Positions 29,508 through 37,508 of a stretch of DNA of 58,378 nucleotides are shown here, piece by piece (position 1 is the first letter of the stretch; each line of letters opens with the position of its first letter). A model generated the notes under the pieces. That model saw only the letters and a list, made by a program, of their open reading frames with translations. It ran no database searches and was not told the DNA's origin. A program made the position numbers and the translations under genes. The DNA is from a virus (taxonomy: Duplodnaviria > Caudoviricetes): the IMG/VR virus record IMGVR_UViG_3300032249_000138, positions 1 through 58,378 of that record; one strand, given 5' to 3'.

Positions 29508-29798
29508 TTACCGTGACTTAGTTTTAATTGCTGGCTTCTTAGCTACTGTTTTTTTAGCTACAGTTTTCTTAGCTGCAGGCTTCTTAACCATGCCACCTTT
29601 TTTGTATTCTTCAAATGGCTCTTTTTCAGTGCCATATTTTTTTGTTTCTTTATTACTTTGCCGTCTCATTAATTCATTACGAGCAGCCATACCATCAACA
29701 GTATCTTCTGATCGTTTATCTTTAATTTGTACTAGCTCTTTGTTAGTTTTTTTAAACATGTCGTTTAGGGACTTTAGTACTTTTGCAGATAGTGCCAT
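29508..29798 (-). CDS. Small basic protein with histone-like tail
   Basis: YKKGGMV followed by KKPAAKKTVAKKTVAKK. Confidence 0.7.
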   Translation of the reverse strand: MALSAKVLKSLNDMFKKTNKELVQIKDKRSEDTVDGMAARNELMRRQSNKETKKYGTEKEPFEEYKKGGMVKKPAAKKTVAKKTVAKKPAIKTKSR

Positions 29799-29813
29799 GT
29801 CAATTTTCTCTCT

Positions 29814-30122
29814 TTAGTTAAATGTGTATCGTTTTGGTACAAGTACTCTGGATTCATTCCAGCCTTCTGCTCTCATAGCAGCTTCTACATCCTTGAGTTT
29901 AAACTTCATCCCTAAGTGATGCTCCATAGCTGCCTTCACAAAGAATACATCACTGTGGGGTACATGTATAGAATCTAGTCTGTTATTCCTAACTGCAGAA
30001 TAGAAATCTTCCAGTACGTAATCATCACGTAACTGGATCTTCTTTTTAATCCTTCTTGGTACAGCTGTAGTCCTCGAGCTATGCTCTGCGGGTACAGATA
30101 GTTTTACTTGTTTTTCAGACAT
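29814..30122 (-). CDS. Hypothetical protein, first gene of the late arm
   Basis: HVPHSDVFFV motif. The track's TTG start is the -35 box, so ATG 30122 is used. Confidence 0.6.
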   Translation of the reverse strand: MSEKQVKLSVPAEHSSRTTAVPRRIKKKIQLRDDYVLEDFYSAVRNNRLDSIHVPHSDVFFVKAAMEHHLGMKFKLKDVEAAMRAEGWNESRVLVPKRYTFN

Positions 30123-30128
30123 TGTCAA
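30100..30128 (-). promoter_or_regulatory. Late-arm promoter
   Basis: TTGACA-N16-TAAAACT. Confidence 0.55.
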
Positions 30129-30404
30129 TCTTTATTATTGTTCTTGTTTGACTGCACCCTCGTCTTAACAGACTCGGTCTTAGTGGGCACAGAGAGTGTA
30201 TCTCATTCTATACAAAACTTAGTACAAGTGTATATCTTAGGATACAGTTAAATGTAGTTCAAAGGTTACTCACTTAACTGTAACACTCTAAGTGTCTTTT
30301 AGTTTAACTATCTTTTACATTTAACTGTATTTACACTTAACTATGTTTTTATAGTTTAACTATATACAGTTAACTGTATCACTTTAAGTGAGTCTGTTAG
30401 ACGT

Positions 30405-30433
30405 AGTTTTGCATTAATCTAAATACTTGTCAA
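30405..30433 (-). promoter_or_regulatory. Late-arm promoter
   Basis: TTGACA-N16-CAAAACT. Confidence 0.5.
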
Positions 30434-31033
30434 GTACTATTTTTAATTGTGTAGTTTAAGTACCACATCTACAACTGCCCACTCGTTATCTGCTAACACA
30501 CTAGAACCTCTTCTAAGCTGTTACAGTTATCTGGTGCACCCTAGGTATCACCTTATGTGAGATCACGTCTTGTAGGCACCTCTAATGCCCTGCAATCAGA
30601 TTGTACCACATAACCTAAGTACATTAAGTGATATGTTTTATGTGGAGTGGTTTACGTGTAGCATTTAAAGTGATGTTCAAAGGTGAGACAGGAAATGTGT
30701 GAGGGGGCATGTGTGTATATGTGAGTGTACACTAACCCTTTTAAATACCTGATCTGTGGGTATAGCCATATACAACTAACGCTACCCACCCCCATGACCC
30801 ACACGCACCCCCACAGCCGCCAGCACAATCACGTCATGACCTGCAGATGTGCAGATAATGCATAATGATGCAGATATATGTATCTCAAGAAGCTTTAAAA
30901 ACAAGGACTTAGAAGCTTAGTCTAACTGATTGTTTATCAGTTCAAGGGTAAAAGGTGCTTAAAAAATAGGCAATTTGAGTGATGGTGAAACCATAACCCC
31001 TAGTCGGTGTATGGCTTTTTACCCTATCCCCTT

Positions 31034-31161
31034 TCACCGAAGGTGTTTCACTTATCCTGCTTTTCACCTTTGGTGTTTAGTTTGATGTGTCGATTGTTTG
31101 CCGATTGTTCGACATATCACCTTTGGTGTTTTCACAAATCGTTACTTCACCTTTGGTGTTT
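31034..31161. repeat. Four copies of the 15-bp TCACC(TTT/GAA)GGTGTTT
   Basis: Copies start at 31034, 31064, 31117 and 31147. Confidence 0.9.
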
Positions 31162-31478
31162 TTGTGTTGAATGTTGGTCACTAAATCCCCATTCAAGGGT
31201 CATGTAGGTTTTTAATGGGGAACATTCAAGCAAAGCTTGAAAAAATATATTAAAAATAAAAAGGGAAGATTGGCACGAATCTTTTACTAAAGTAACTTTT
31301 CCTCGGCAAACTTTTCTCGGCAGATCTACCCTTTAGCCTTTAGGCTAACTTTTTGAAGGTCTAAAAAATAGTTTTACTTATTTACGTGAATATATTTACC
31401 CTTTAACTGAAAGTGAAAGGGGATATAAATATATTCACTTTTAGTAAATAAGTTAAACTAAATAAAGGAAAAATCATC

Positions 31479-32231
31479 ATGGCAAAATCAATCCGTCAAG
31501 CTCTTTTGGCTAACGAAGTTAGTAATTTGGCAATCTTTCAAGCCAAAGGCTTAATCCCTGAAATTTCAGTTGAGCCGATCACCACTTCAACTGTAAAAGT
31601 TGATAGCAAGTTGAAACCAAAAAAGCATTCAAATGCAGAATTAGCGAAAGACTCTAAGAGTCGGCATAAATTCAGCGAGATTATGAATCGACAATTCGGT
31701 GAAAAGGGTTTTACCCTTGGAGATGCTATTGAACATTCAGCTAGTGTTTACACTAGTATTTTGAAACAAAAACGCAATCAGCTTGAAAAGCTGTGTGAAA
31801 TCGGCAAGGTTTTACAGGAACTTCGTTCCGTAATTGGCAAGTCTGACAAGGAATTTGGTCAAGCAGTAAAGTCTACGGCTCTTAAAAACATGAGCCGTCA
31901 AGACCGTAGTGATGCCATGTGGTTATCCGAAAACTGGATAACAATCAAAGGCAAAATGAAAGAGTTAGATATTAACTCTTGCAGTGCTAGTTATCTTCGT
32001 CAGTTACTTCGTAAAGAAGCAAAATCTGCTGATAGCGAAGCTACTGTTAGCGAAGCTACTGAGTCAGATCAAGACTCTACCGAAGGTAGTTCTACTGTCG
32101 AATCTTCGTCACTAGAATTGTCTGGTGATGATGCTGAAAGCATAGCAGTTGCAGTCATCCAATTAGCGAAGCTAAAAGGTGTGTCACTTTCTGAAATAGC
32201 TACGCTAATTCTCGCAGAATCAGCTATCTAA
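31479..32231 (+). CDS. First early protein, function unknown
   Basis: 250 aa with AAGGA RBS, followed by a terminator. Confidence 0.75.
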   Translation: MAKSIRQALLANEVSNLAIFQAKGLIPEISVEPITTSTVKVDSKLKPKKHSNAELAKDSKSRHKFSEIMNRQFGEKGFTLGDAIEHSASVYTSILKQKRNQLEKLCEIGKVLQELRSVIGKSDKEFGQAVKSTALKNMSRQDRSDAMWLSENWITIKGKMKELDINSCSASYLRQLLRKEAKSADSEATVSEATESDQDSTEGSSTVESSSLELSGDDAESIAVAVIQLAKLKGVSLSEIATLILAESAI

Positions 32232-32260
32232 AACCTACGGTTTATCCTGCAGTACACATT

Positions 32261-32280
32261 AGCCCCTTATGGGGCTTTTG
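32261..32280 (+). terminator. Rho-independent terminator
   Basis: AGCCCC-TTAT-GGGGCT-TTTG. Confidence 0.6.
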
Positions 32281-32467
32281 TGCTATGTAAGGTCATGATG
32301 TCATCACCTTGCTATGTAGTGTGCTATGCCCTGTGCTATGAAGTGTGACATGTATGTGATGTCACGCCATGATGTATGTATGTGTTTCATGTCAATGGCA
32401 CAGGGTACGTGGCACAGTATTCAGGGTTTCTACTGTCGAATGTTCGTCACTAAATCGGAGGTTATCA

Positions 32468-32590
32468 ATGCCAACTTATCAAGACTATGTAGCGTATGCA
32501 AAAGCCAAAGGCTTTATCCCTTTCACCAAATCCACCTTCAATGCTTTTATCAAAGCAAAGATCAATCCCATCACTTCAACCACACTTTAA
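32468..32590 (+). CDS. Small early protein (40 aa)
   Basis: GGAGG RBS before ATG 32468 (MPTYQDYVAY). Confidence 0.6.
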   Translation: MPTYQDYVAYAKAKGFIPFTKSTFNAFIKAKINPITSTTL

Positions 32591-32603
32591 TCGGAGATTA
32601 ACT

Positions 32604-32837
32604 ATGTTAAATGAAATTCAAATAGCAGACCTCAGCGTAGCTGATAAGTCGCACGGTAGTCCATATGATCGGGGTAGGGCTGATAGCTACTACCACAGAC
32701 CTGAATGCCCACACTATTATCCACAGGGTACATACAACGGGGATCGCATCACAGACCTTACACCCGAGGAAGTGAGAGCGTACCTCGCAGGATATGCACA
32801 CAATGAAAGGTACGGGGATAAGAAAGATTGGAGCTAG
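32604..32837 (+). CDS. Small early protein
   Basis: Start ATG 32604. HGSPYDRGRADSYY...AYLAGY motif. Confidence 0.7.
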   Translation: MLNEIQIADLSVADKSHGSPYDRGRADSYYHRPECPHYYPQGTYNGDRITDLTPEEVRAYLAGYAHNERYGDKKDWS

Positions 32838-32863
32838 TACATAGTACTAAGGGAAAGTCCCTA

Positions 32864-32892
32864 TTTACAGGGAAAATTGTAGCTACGACAAT
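32864..32892 (+). promoter_or_regulatory. Sigma70-like early promoter
   Basis: TTTACA-N17-GACAAT. Shares flanking sequence with the promoters at 35792 and 38103. Confidence 0.55.
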
Positions 32893-32952
32893 GGAAGCCA
32901 AGCAGTCGAATTCTACTGTCGAATGTTCGTCACTAAAACTGGAGGTAACACC

Positions 32953-33672
32953 ATGTCTGAAATCACCTTATTATCCACTGTCGCTAATGCCAAGATCGAG
33001 AAGACGAATGCCCTTGTAGGTGGCAATCATCTGTATGCTGAGATGAGCATGATGCCTAACAATGTCATCTGTGCAGGTAGTAAAGCTGCACAGTGTATGA
33101 CCCCATGCCTTAAGAATGCTGGTCGGGGTGTCTTCTCGAATGTTCAGTTATCCCGTCAACGGAAGACAGATTTTTGGATGTCCAATCCTACTGAATTCAA
33201 GGCTCAATTAGTAGGTGAATTGGAAGCCCTAATCAGGAAGGCTCAGAGACAGGGTAAAACGGCTCGTGTAAGGCTCAATTGCTTCTCGGATATATCTTGG
33301 GAGCTTCAAGCTTGTAATCGCAATGGCAAGCCATTTAAGGGCATTCCACAGGCTTTCCCCGAGATCGAGTTCTACGACTACACAAAGCATGCATCACGTT
33401 TAGGTAAGACACCTAGCAATTACACATTGACATTCTCATACTCTGGTGTATCCACCTATGTGAATCAAGTCAAACTGGCACAGGGTTCTAGCGATACCAA
33501 TATGGCAGTGGTATTCCATGGTAAGGAATTGCCTGTCACTTTCATGAATCGGAAGGTAATCGATGGTGACTTGCACGATGCCCGTATCGATGATCCTAAG
33601 GGTGTGATTGTGGGACTACGTGCCAAGGGTCCTGCTCGTAAGGATGTATCAGGTTTTGTAGTCCACATTTAA
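32953..33672 (+). CDS. GP88-like protein
   Basis: C.G.....C..PCL..AGRG, VRLN.FSDI.W, FYDYTK and DGD.HD.R motifs. Start moved to ATG 32953 after GGAGG. Confidence 0.7.
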   Translation: MSEITLLSTVANAKIEKTNALVGGNHLYAEMSMMPNNVICAGSKAAQCMTPCLKNAGRGVFSNVQLSRQRKTDFWMSNPTEFKAQLVGELEALIRKAQRQGKTARVRLNCFSDISWELQACNRNGKPFKGIPQAFPEIEFYDYTKHASRLGKTPSNYTLTFSYSGVSTYVNQVKLAQGSSDTNMAVVFHGKELPVTFMNRKVIDGDLHDARIDDPKGVIVGLRAKGPARKDVSGFVVHI

Positions 33673-33715
33673 TCGGAGGATATATGACAGTTCAGAGCTT
33701 AATCGGAGGATACCT

Positions 33716-34054
33716 ATGATTATCGTTATTCGTACCCAATACATGGAGAACTATGGGGCACATGACTGGGATGGGGAAGGTGTGTGTCCACAATACTGGA
33801 AGTATAAGGGTGGCTCAGAGTACAAGGTTCGGAATATCCCTAGTGATATCGACACATACCCCAGCATTGTAGGTATGGTAAGCAAGGATGTAGCTAGGGA
33901 TGATGACTACTGCAGGGAGTATGTACTGGAGTGGTTCGTAGAAGCAGATGACTATCTGTCATGGTTCGAGAAGTCCCAGCTTGAGCAGGATGGGTCTATC
34001 ACCTACGGTGAACCCGAGATTGACTATCGCAGTTTAATTACGGAGGGTGTATGA
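33716..34054 (+). CDS. Hypothetical early protein
   Basis: TQYMENYGAHDWDGEG.CPQYWKYKGG. Strong RBS. Confidence 0.75.
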   Translation: MIIVIRTQYMENYGAHDWDGEGVCPQYWKYKGGSEYKVRNIPSDIDTYPSIVGMVSKDVARDDDYCREYVLEWFVEADDYLSWFEKSQLEQDGSITYGEPEIDYRSLITEGV

Positions 34055-34218
34055 CAGACACACAAAGAAGTGCATTACGCTGTGCATATCTTGACCTTAA
34101 AGGGGCATTGGAAGCTGCTGAAATGGCTGACATTCATGCTCATGATTGGAAGGCACACAAGCAGAGCATTCAGGAAATTGAACAACACTTTGCCGATGTT
34201 ATCGGTGACTTAACTTAG
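34051..34218 (+). CDS. Hypothetical early protein (55 aa, not in ORF track)
   Basis: GGAGG RBS and ATGA overlap. Begins MTDTQRSALRCAYLDL. Confidence 0.65.
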   Translation: MTDTQRSALRCAYLDLKGALEAAEMADIHAHDWKAHKQSIQEIEQHFADVIGDLT

Positions 34219-34226
34219 GAGGATGT

Positions 34227-34418
34227 ATGGATATTACTAAAGCAATCGAGATCATCAAGGAGTATGGCAATGGCATCGGTACTACCGATATCCTGCTCAC
34301 ACTCAATGAGATGTTGGATGACGAAGACCTACCCAACAAGGATCGTGCCGCATTGAACCTGTTTATGCATGAGGGTAGGAAGATGTTTGAATCTGTAAAG
34401 ATTCGATTAGAAGTATGA
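34227..34418 (+). CDS. Hypothetical early protein
   Basis: AGGAGG RBS. Confidence 0.65.
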   Translation: MDITKAIEIIKEYGNGIGTTDILLTLNEMLDDEDLPNKDRAALNLFMHEGRKMFESVKIRLEV

Positions 34419-34837
34419 GAGTCACACCAGTAGCACCCGTCTACCCTGTGTCCAAGTTCAATAGGCACAGGGAACAAGCAGTATATACACCCAAACCCAA
34501 GGAGAAAATTGTGCAATATATTACACATAATGAAGATGATTCCATCCGTACCTGTGGCACTTGCCTACGAGGTCACATCAATACCAGCTACGCTAATCTA
34601 GTGGATGCATTTGGTCAGCCCATGAAGGATGGGTTCGATGACTACAAGTCAGATGCCGAGTGGATAGTACAGTTTGAGGATGGTCTTGTGGCTACAATTT
34701 ATAACTATAAAAATGGTATCAATTACTGTGGCTCAGAGCATGGCACACCTACACATCTGATCCATGACTGGAACATAGGTGGATATGATACAGCCGTAGT
34801 TACCTACATCATTGATGCATTGAAGGAGACAGCATGA
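34415..34837 (+). CDS. Hypothetical early protein
   Basis: LV.AFG.P...K.DAEW...ATIYNYK...WNIGG motif. Confidence 0.7.
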   Translation: MRVTPVAPVYPVSKFNRHREQAVYTPKPKEKIVQYITHNEDDSIRTCGTCLRGHINTSYANLVDAFGQPMKDGFDDYKSDAEWIVQFEDGLVATIYNYKNGINYCGSEHGTPTHLIHDWNIGGYDTAVVTYIIDALKETA

Positions 34838-35028
34838 AAATCGTAGTGTACTTTGAGACACCAAAGGTGTTATATGCAGAGGTGGTAGCCCAGTTTGCAA
34901 GTGAGGAGATGTACCATGCTTGCCTACCTATACTCGAAGACATGGCACAGAGAGACGGGTTCATCGTTACAGAATCTGTGCGTGAAGAAGATGTAGTTAC
35001 GGATAAATTTGACACGGAGGATGTATGA
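34834..35028 (+). CDS. Hypothetical early protein
   Basis: AAGGAG RBS and ATGA overlap. Confidence 0.65.
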   Translation: MKIVVYFETPKVLYAEVVAQFASEEMYHACLPILEDMAQRDGFIVTESVREEDVVTDKFDTEDV

Positions 35029-35207
35029 AAAAGTATGAGGTGCTTATAGCAAGAAATGAAACCACAATCTATACGATTGAGGTGATGGCTAAGTCAGAAG
35101 ACGAAGCAGAGAAGAAGGCATATGTAAAGTTCGCCAAGAATGACATCGAAGATGAAGAAGTAGTGTATGGCGAGGAAGAAACTTACGAGATCAACGAGCT
35201 TGAATAG
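35025..35207 (+). CDS. Small acidic protein (DpnD/PcfM-like pattern)
   Basis: MKKYEV...IEVMAKSEDEAEKKA. Confidence 0.6.
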   Translation: MKKYEVLIARNETTIYTIEVMAKSEDEAEKKAYVKFAKNDIEDEEVVYGEEETYEINELE

Positions 35208-35215
35208 GAGGATGT

Positions 35216-35392
35216 ATGAAAAAAACATATCGGGTTGTCGCTTCGTATGTTGTTGAATGCTACTGTGACATACAAGCAGAATCGAAGGATGAAGCGTGGG
35301 ATCTTGCCTATCACATAGATGGGGGAGACTATCGCCAAAGAAAAAACTTTGACGGAGACTGGCAGATCGAAAGAATCGAGGAGGTAGAATGA
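35216..35392 (+). CDS. Small acidic protein similar to the previous gene (58 aa, not in ORF track)
   Basis: MKKTYRV...IQAESKDEAWDLA. AGGAGG RBS. Confidence 0.65.
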   Translation: MKKTYRVVASYVVECYCDIQAESKDEAWDLAYHIDGGDYRQRKNFDGDWQIERIEEVE

Positions 35393-35778
35393 GAGTATTC
35401 GTATACTGGAATTTACACAAGGACTGCTGGTCAGTGAAGGCACTCGAGGGTGAGAACAAGGGCAGGGTCATACGCCATGCCAACAACATCAACCTCACTC
35501 ACTGCACATTCAAGGTGTCCAAGGCTGGCAGGGAGCGTGTGCTTAGGGAGAAGCGTAAGAATGTCCATGCTGGTGTAGTAGGTACACTCAGCTTTGTAGG
35601 TGAGATGGGTGACACAGGATTGTGGAAATGTGCCAGCACCTATCCTGCATTCGTACCTGTTACCTACAACCCATACAAGTACAGCACATTTGTTCGTAAG
35701 AACAATGACTACATGGAAATGCACACATCCCCCGATGTATTTTTAAATCAGGATCGGAGTGTGTTTGCAATGGTCTAA
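35389..35778 (+). CDS. Conserved phage hypothetical protein
   Basis: VYWNLHK..WSV..FKVS.AGRERVLREKRKNVHAGVVG. Confidence 0.75.
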   Translation: MRVFVYWNLHKDCWSVKALEGENKGRVIRHANNINLTHCTFKVSKAGRERVLREKRKNVHAGVVGTLSFVGEMGDTGLWKCASTYPAFVPVTYNPYKYSTFVRKNNDYMEMHTSPDVFLNQDRSVFAMV

Positions 35779-35791
35779 GGGTTTGTCCCTA

Positions 35792-35821
35792 TTGACGGAG
35801 GTTTATTGTAGCTACGATACT
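35792..35821 (+). promoter_or_regulatory. Sigma70-like early promoter
   Basis: TTGACG-N18-GATACT. Confidence 0.6.
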
Positions 35822-35877
35822 AGCAAGGCTTTATGTTTCTACTGTCGAATGTTCGGCACTAACTTGGAGATACACAA

Positions 35878-36303
35878 ATGAAGATCAGCAAAGTGGAAGT
35901 AGAAGTACCAGCAGGTCACTACATACTAGGTGATCCGTGCTATGTAGTACCCGATAGTGATTGGGATTCCTTACTGCAGTCATGCAATTACTTTGAGAAT
36001 CCTATCGGCTATGTCAAGGATGGAATACAGGAGTTCCCCGTACTTGCATTCAGTACCCTTTGGGGTGATGGTTGCTATAAGGGTACGGACGGCAACACAT
36101 ACCCAGTAGATGCAGGATTGATAGGGCTAGTGCCTGTAGAAATATTGGGCAAGGATGTCCACAACTTGAGGGGTGACCTATCGAAGATAGTCACATTCGA
36201 TAAGACGATTAAGTGCAGCAGGGACAGTGATGGCAAGCTACGCTTTGGTCACATCACAATCGACACAGATCCTGCACAGGATGAGGAGGAGGAAGAAGAA
36301 TGA
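35878..36303 (+). CDS. DUF4241-like hypothetical protein
   Basis: GDPCY, T.WGDG.Y and VDAGLIG motifs. Confidence 0.65.
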   Translation: MKISKVEVEVPAGHYILGDPCYVVPDSDWDSLLQSCNYFENPIGYVKDGIQEFPVLAFSTLWGDGCYKGTDGNTYPVDAGLIGLVPVEILGKDVHNLRGDLSKIVTFDKTIKCSRDSDGKLRFGHITIDTDPAQDEEEEEE

Positions 36304-36706
36304 AAGGACTACGACTAACCATAGAGATAACAGCAGACGATGGTCTTGCATTAGGCGAAGCAATCCAAGCAGTGGTAGATAAGATAGGCACAGGAACTAC
36401 TGACACTGCAAGTGCAACAGATGAGTGGTTCTACAGGTACACATTAGAAAATCATGGGAGGATCGATGAGTAACTTTGATATTGGATTCAGCCTAGTGCT
36501 TACTGGTGTAGCACTGGCTGTGTGTATAGGGGCGGTATACATGATGGTGTTTGTACTATGAGAGGATCGAATGATATGAGAGATGATCGGACACAACAGG
36601 AAAAAAACACACAGTATTTTTATGTGGCACTGGCTGGGCTAGGACTACTGGTAGTAATGGCACAGGTTTGTATGTATGTAGGTTACATGATAGGGGAGTG
36701 GTTGCT

Positions 36707-36970
36707 ATGACGATTACAAGTACAGATGTACAGATGTTTGGATGCACACAGCAGGCAATGGATAACATGATGGAGGACAGCCTGTACAGATCCATGCTGG
36801 GTGATACGAATGGGGCATTGATGCTGGCTATGGGTATCCTCAGTGATGCACAGCATGTGATGGCATGCGGTAACACAGAGCAGGCTAGGCAGTTCATCAA
36901 CAAGTCTAAGTATGTGATCAGTAAGGTAATGGATCAACACGATAACCGAGGAGAGGAGGAAGCAGCATGA
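36707..36970 (+). CDS. Hypothetical early protein
   Basis: Start ATG 36707 (MTITSTD). MLAMGILSDAQ..ARQFINKSK motif. Confidence 0.6.
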   Translation: MTITSTDVQMFGCTQQAMDNMMEDSLYRSMLGDTNGALMLAMGILSDAQHVMACGNTEQARQFINKSKYVISKVMDQHDNRGEEEAA

Positions 36971-37194
36971 GCAGAGAGATACATTTCAATGGTCGTAAGC
37001 CTAGCAAGGCACAGGTAATGAAGCATGTCCGTACCCTAGTACGAGAAGGATGGGAACACATCGAAGTATTTTGGGGTGAGAACTGGATCGAGCTTGAGAA
37101 AATGCAAGGCTATTGGTATGGCAGTGGATGGATCAGGGACATCTCTGGTCAGGACATAGCTAGGTTTGAATTGAATGAAAGGAGAGCAGCATAA
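36967..37194 (+). CDS. Hypothetical early protein
   Basis: W-rich 75 aa with ATGA overlap. Confidence 0.65.
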   Translation: MSREIHFNGRKPSKAQVMKHVRTLVREGWEHIEVFWGENWIELEKMQGYWYGSGWIRDISGQDIARFELNERRAA

Positions 37195-37508
37195 TGGGTA
37201 CATATGTATACAGAGTGACAGGTGTCAAGGTTAAGTGTAGCGATGGAGTGCTGGCTAATGTAGCTAAGTTTGCATACAAACCCTACTGGGGTATGGGTTC
37301 AGACTCAGCGAATGCTAAGCTGCACTTCAGGTCTGGTGCTACATCAAGTGATGCACAAGCATGGAAGGGCAAGATCACTGAGCGATTTGTAATTGAAGAC
37401 ACAGTGTATGTAAATACAACAGGGCGAGGTACATTCTATGATGACTACCTAGGTTCCGATCAGTATCCCGTACTCAAGGATGTAACTGCACAAGGAGAAA
37501 CAGCATGA
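37194..37508 (+). CDS. Hypothetical early protein
   Basis: AAGGAG RBS and TAATG overlap. Confidence 0.65.
   Translation: MGTYVYRVTGVKVKCSDGVLANVAKFAYKPYWGMGSDSANAKLHFRSGATSSDAQAWKGKITERFVIEDTVYVNTTGRGTFYDDYLGSDQYPVLKDVTAQGETA

Larger units (their letters stand above)
30129..31478. other. Divergent non-coding control region, probably containing the physical genome termini and/or origin
   Basis: 1.35 kb with no credible ORF between divergently oriented gene arms. Rich in direct and inverted repeats. Confidence 0.65.

Noticed and set aside
65-30128. Plus-strand ORFs in the late arm and minus-strand ORFs in 32607-53439
   Set aside because: They are antisense shadows of well-supported genes, with no recognisable motifs.
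30140-30200. Self-cleaving ribozyme in the late leader
   Set aside because: Some stems are present, but I could not match hammerhead or twister core nucleotides. An Infernal search would be needed.
31034-31161. Mini CRISPR array
   Set aside because: The repeats are only 15 bp, the spacers are 15, 38 and 15 bp, and there is no cas operon. The Cas4-like gene is an ordinary phage exonuclease in the replication module.
31007-31207. 66-aa ORF in the control region
   Set aside because: It is a translation of the DNA repeats (HLWCF repeated), with a GTG start and no clear RBS.
32326-32601. ORF-track calls 32326-32601, 32828-33019 and the extended starts at 32369, 32496 and 32923
   Set aside because: They read through the 26-bp element (STVECSSL). 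RBS-supported starts are at 32468, 32604 and 32953.
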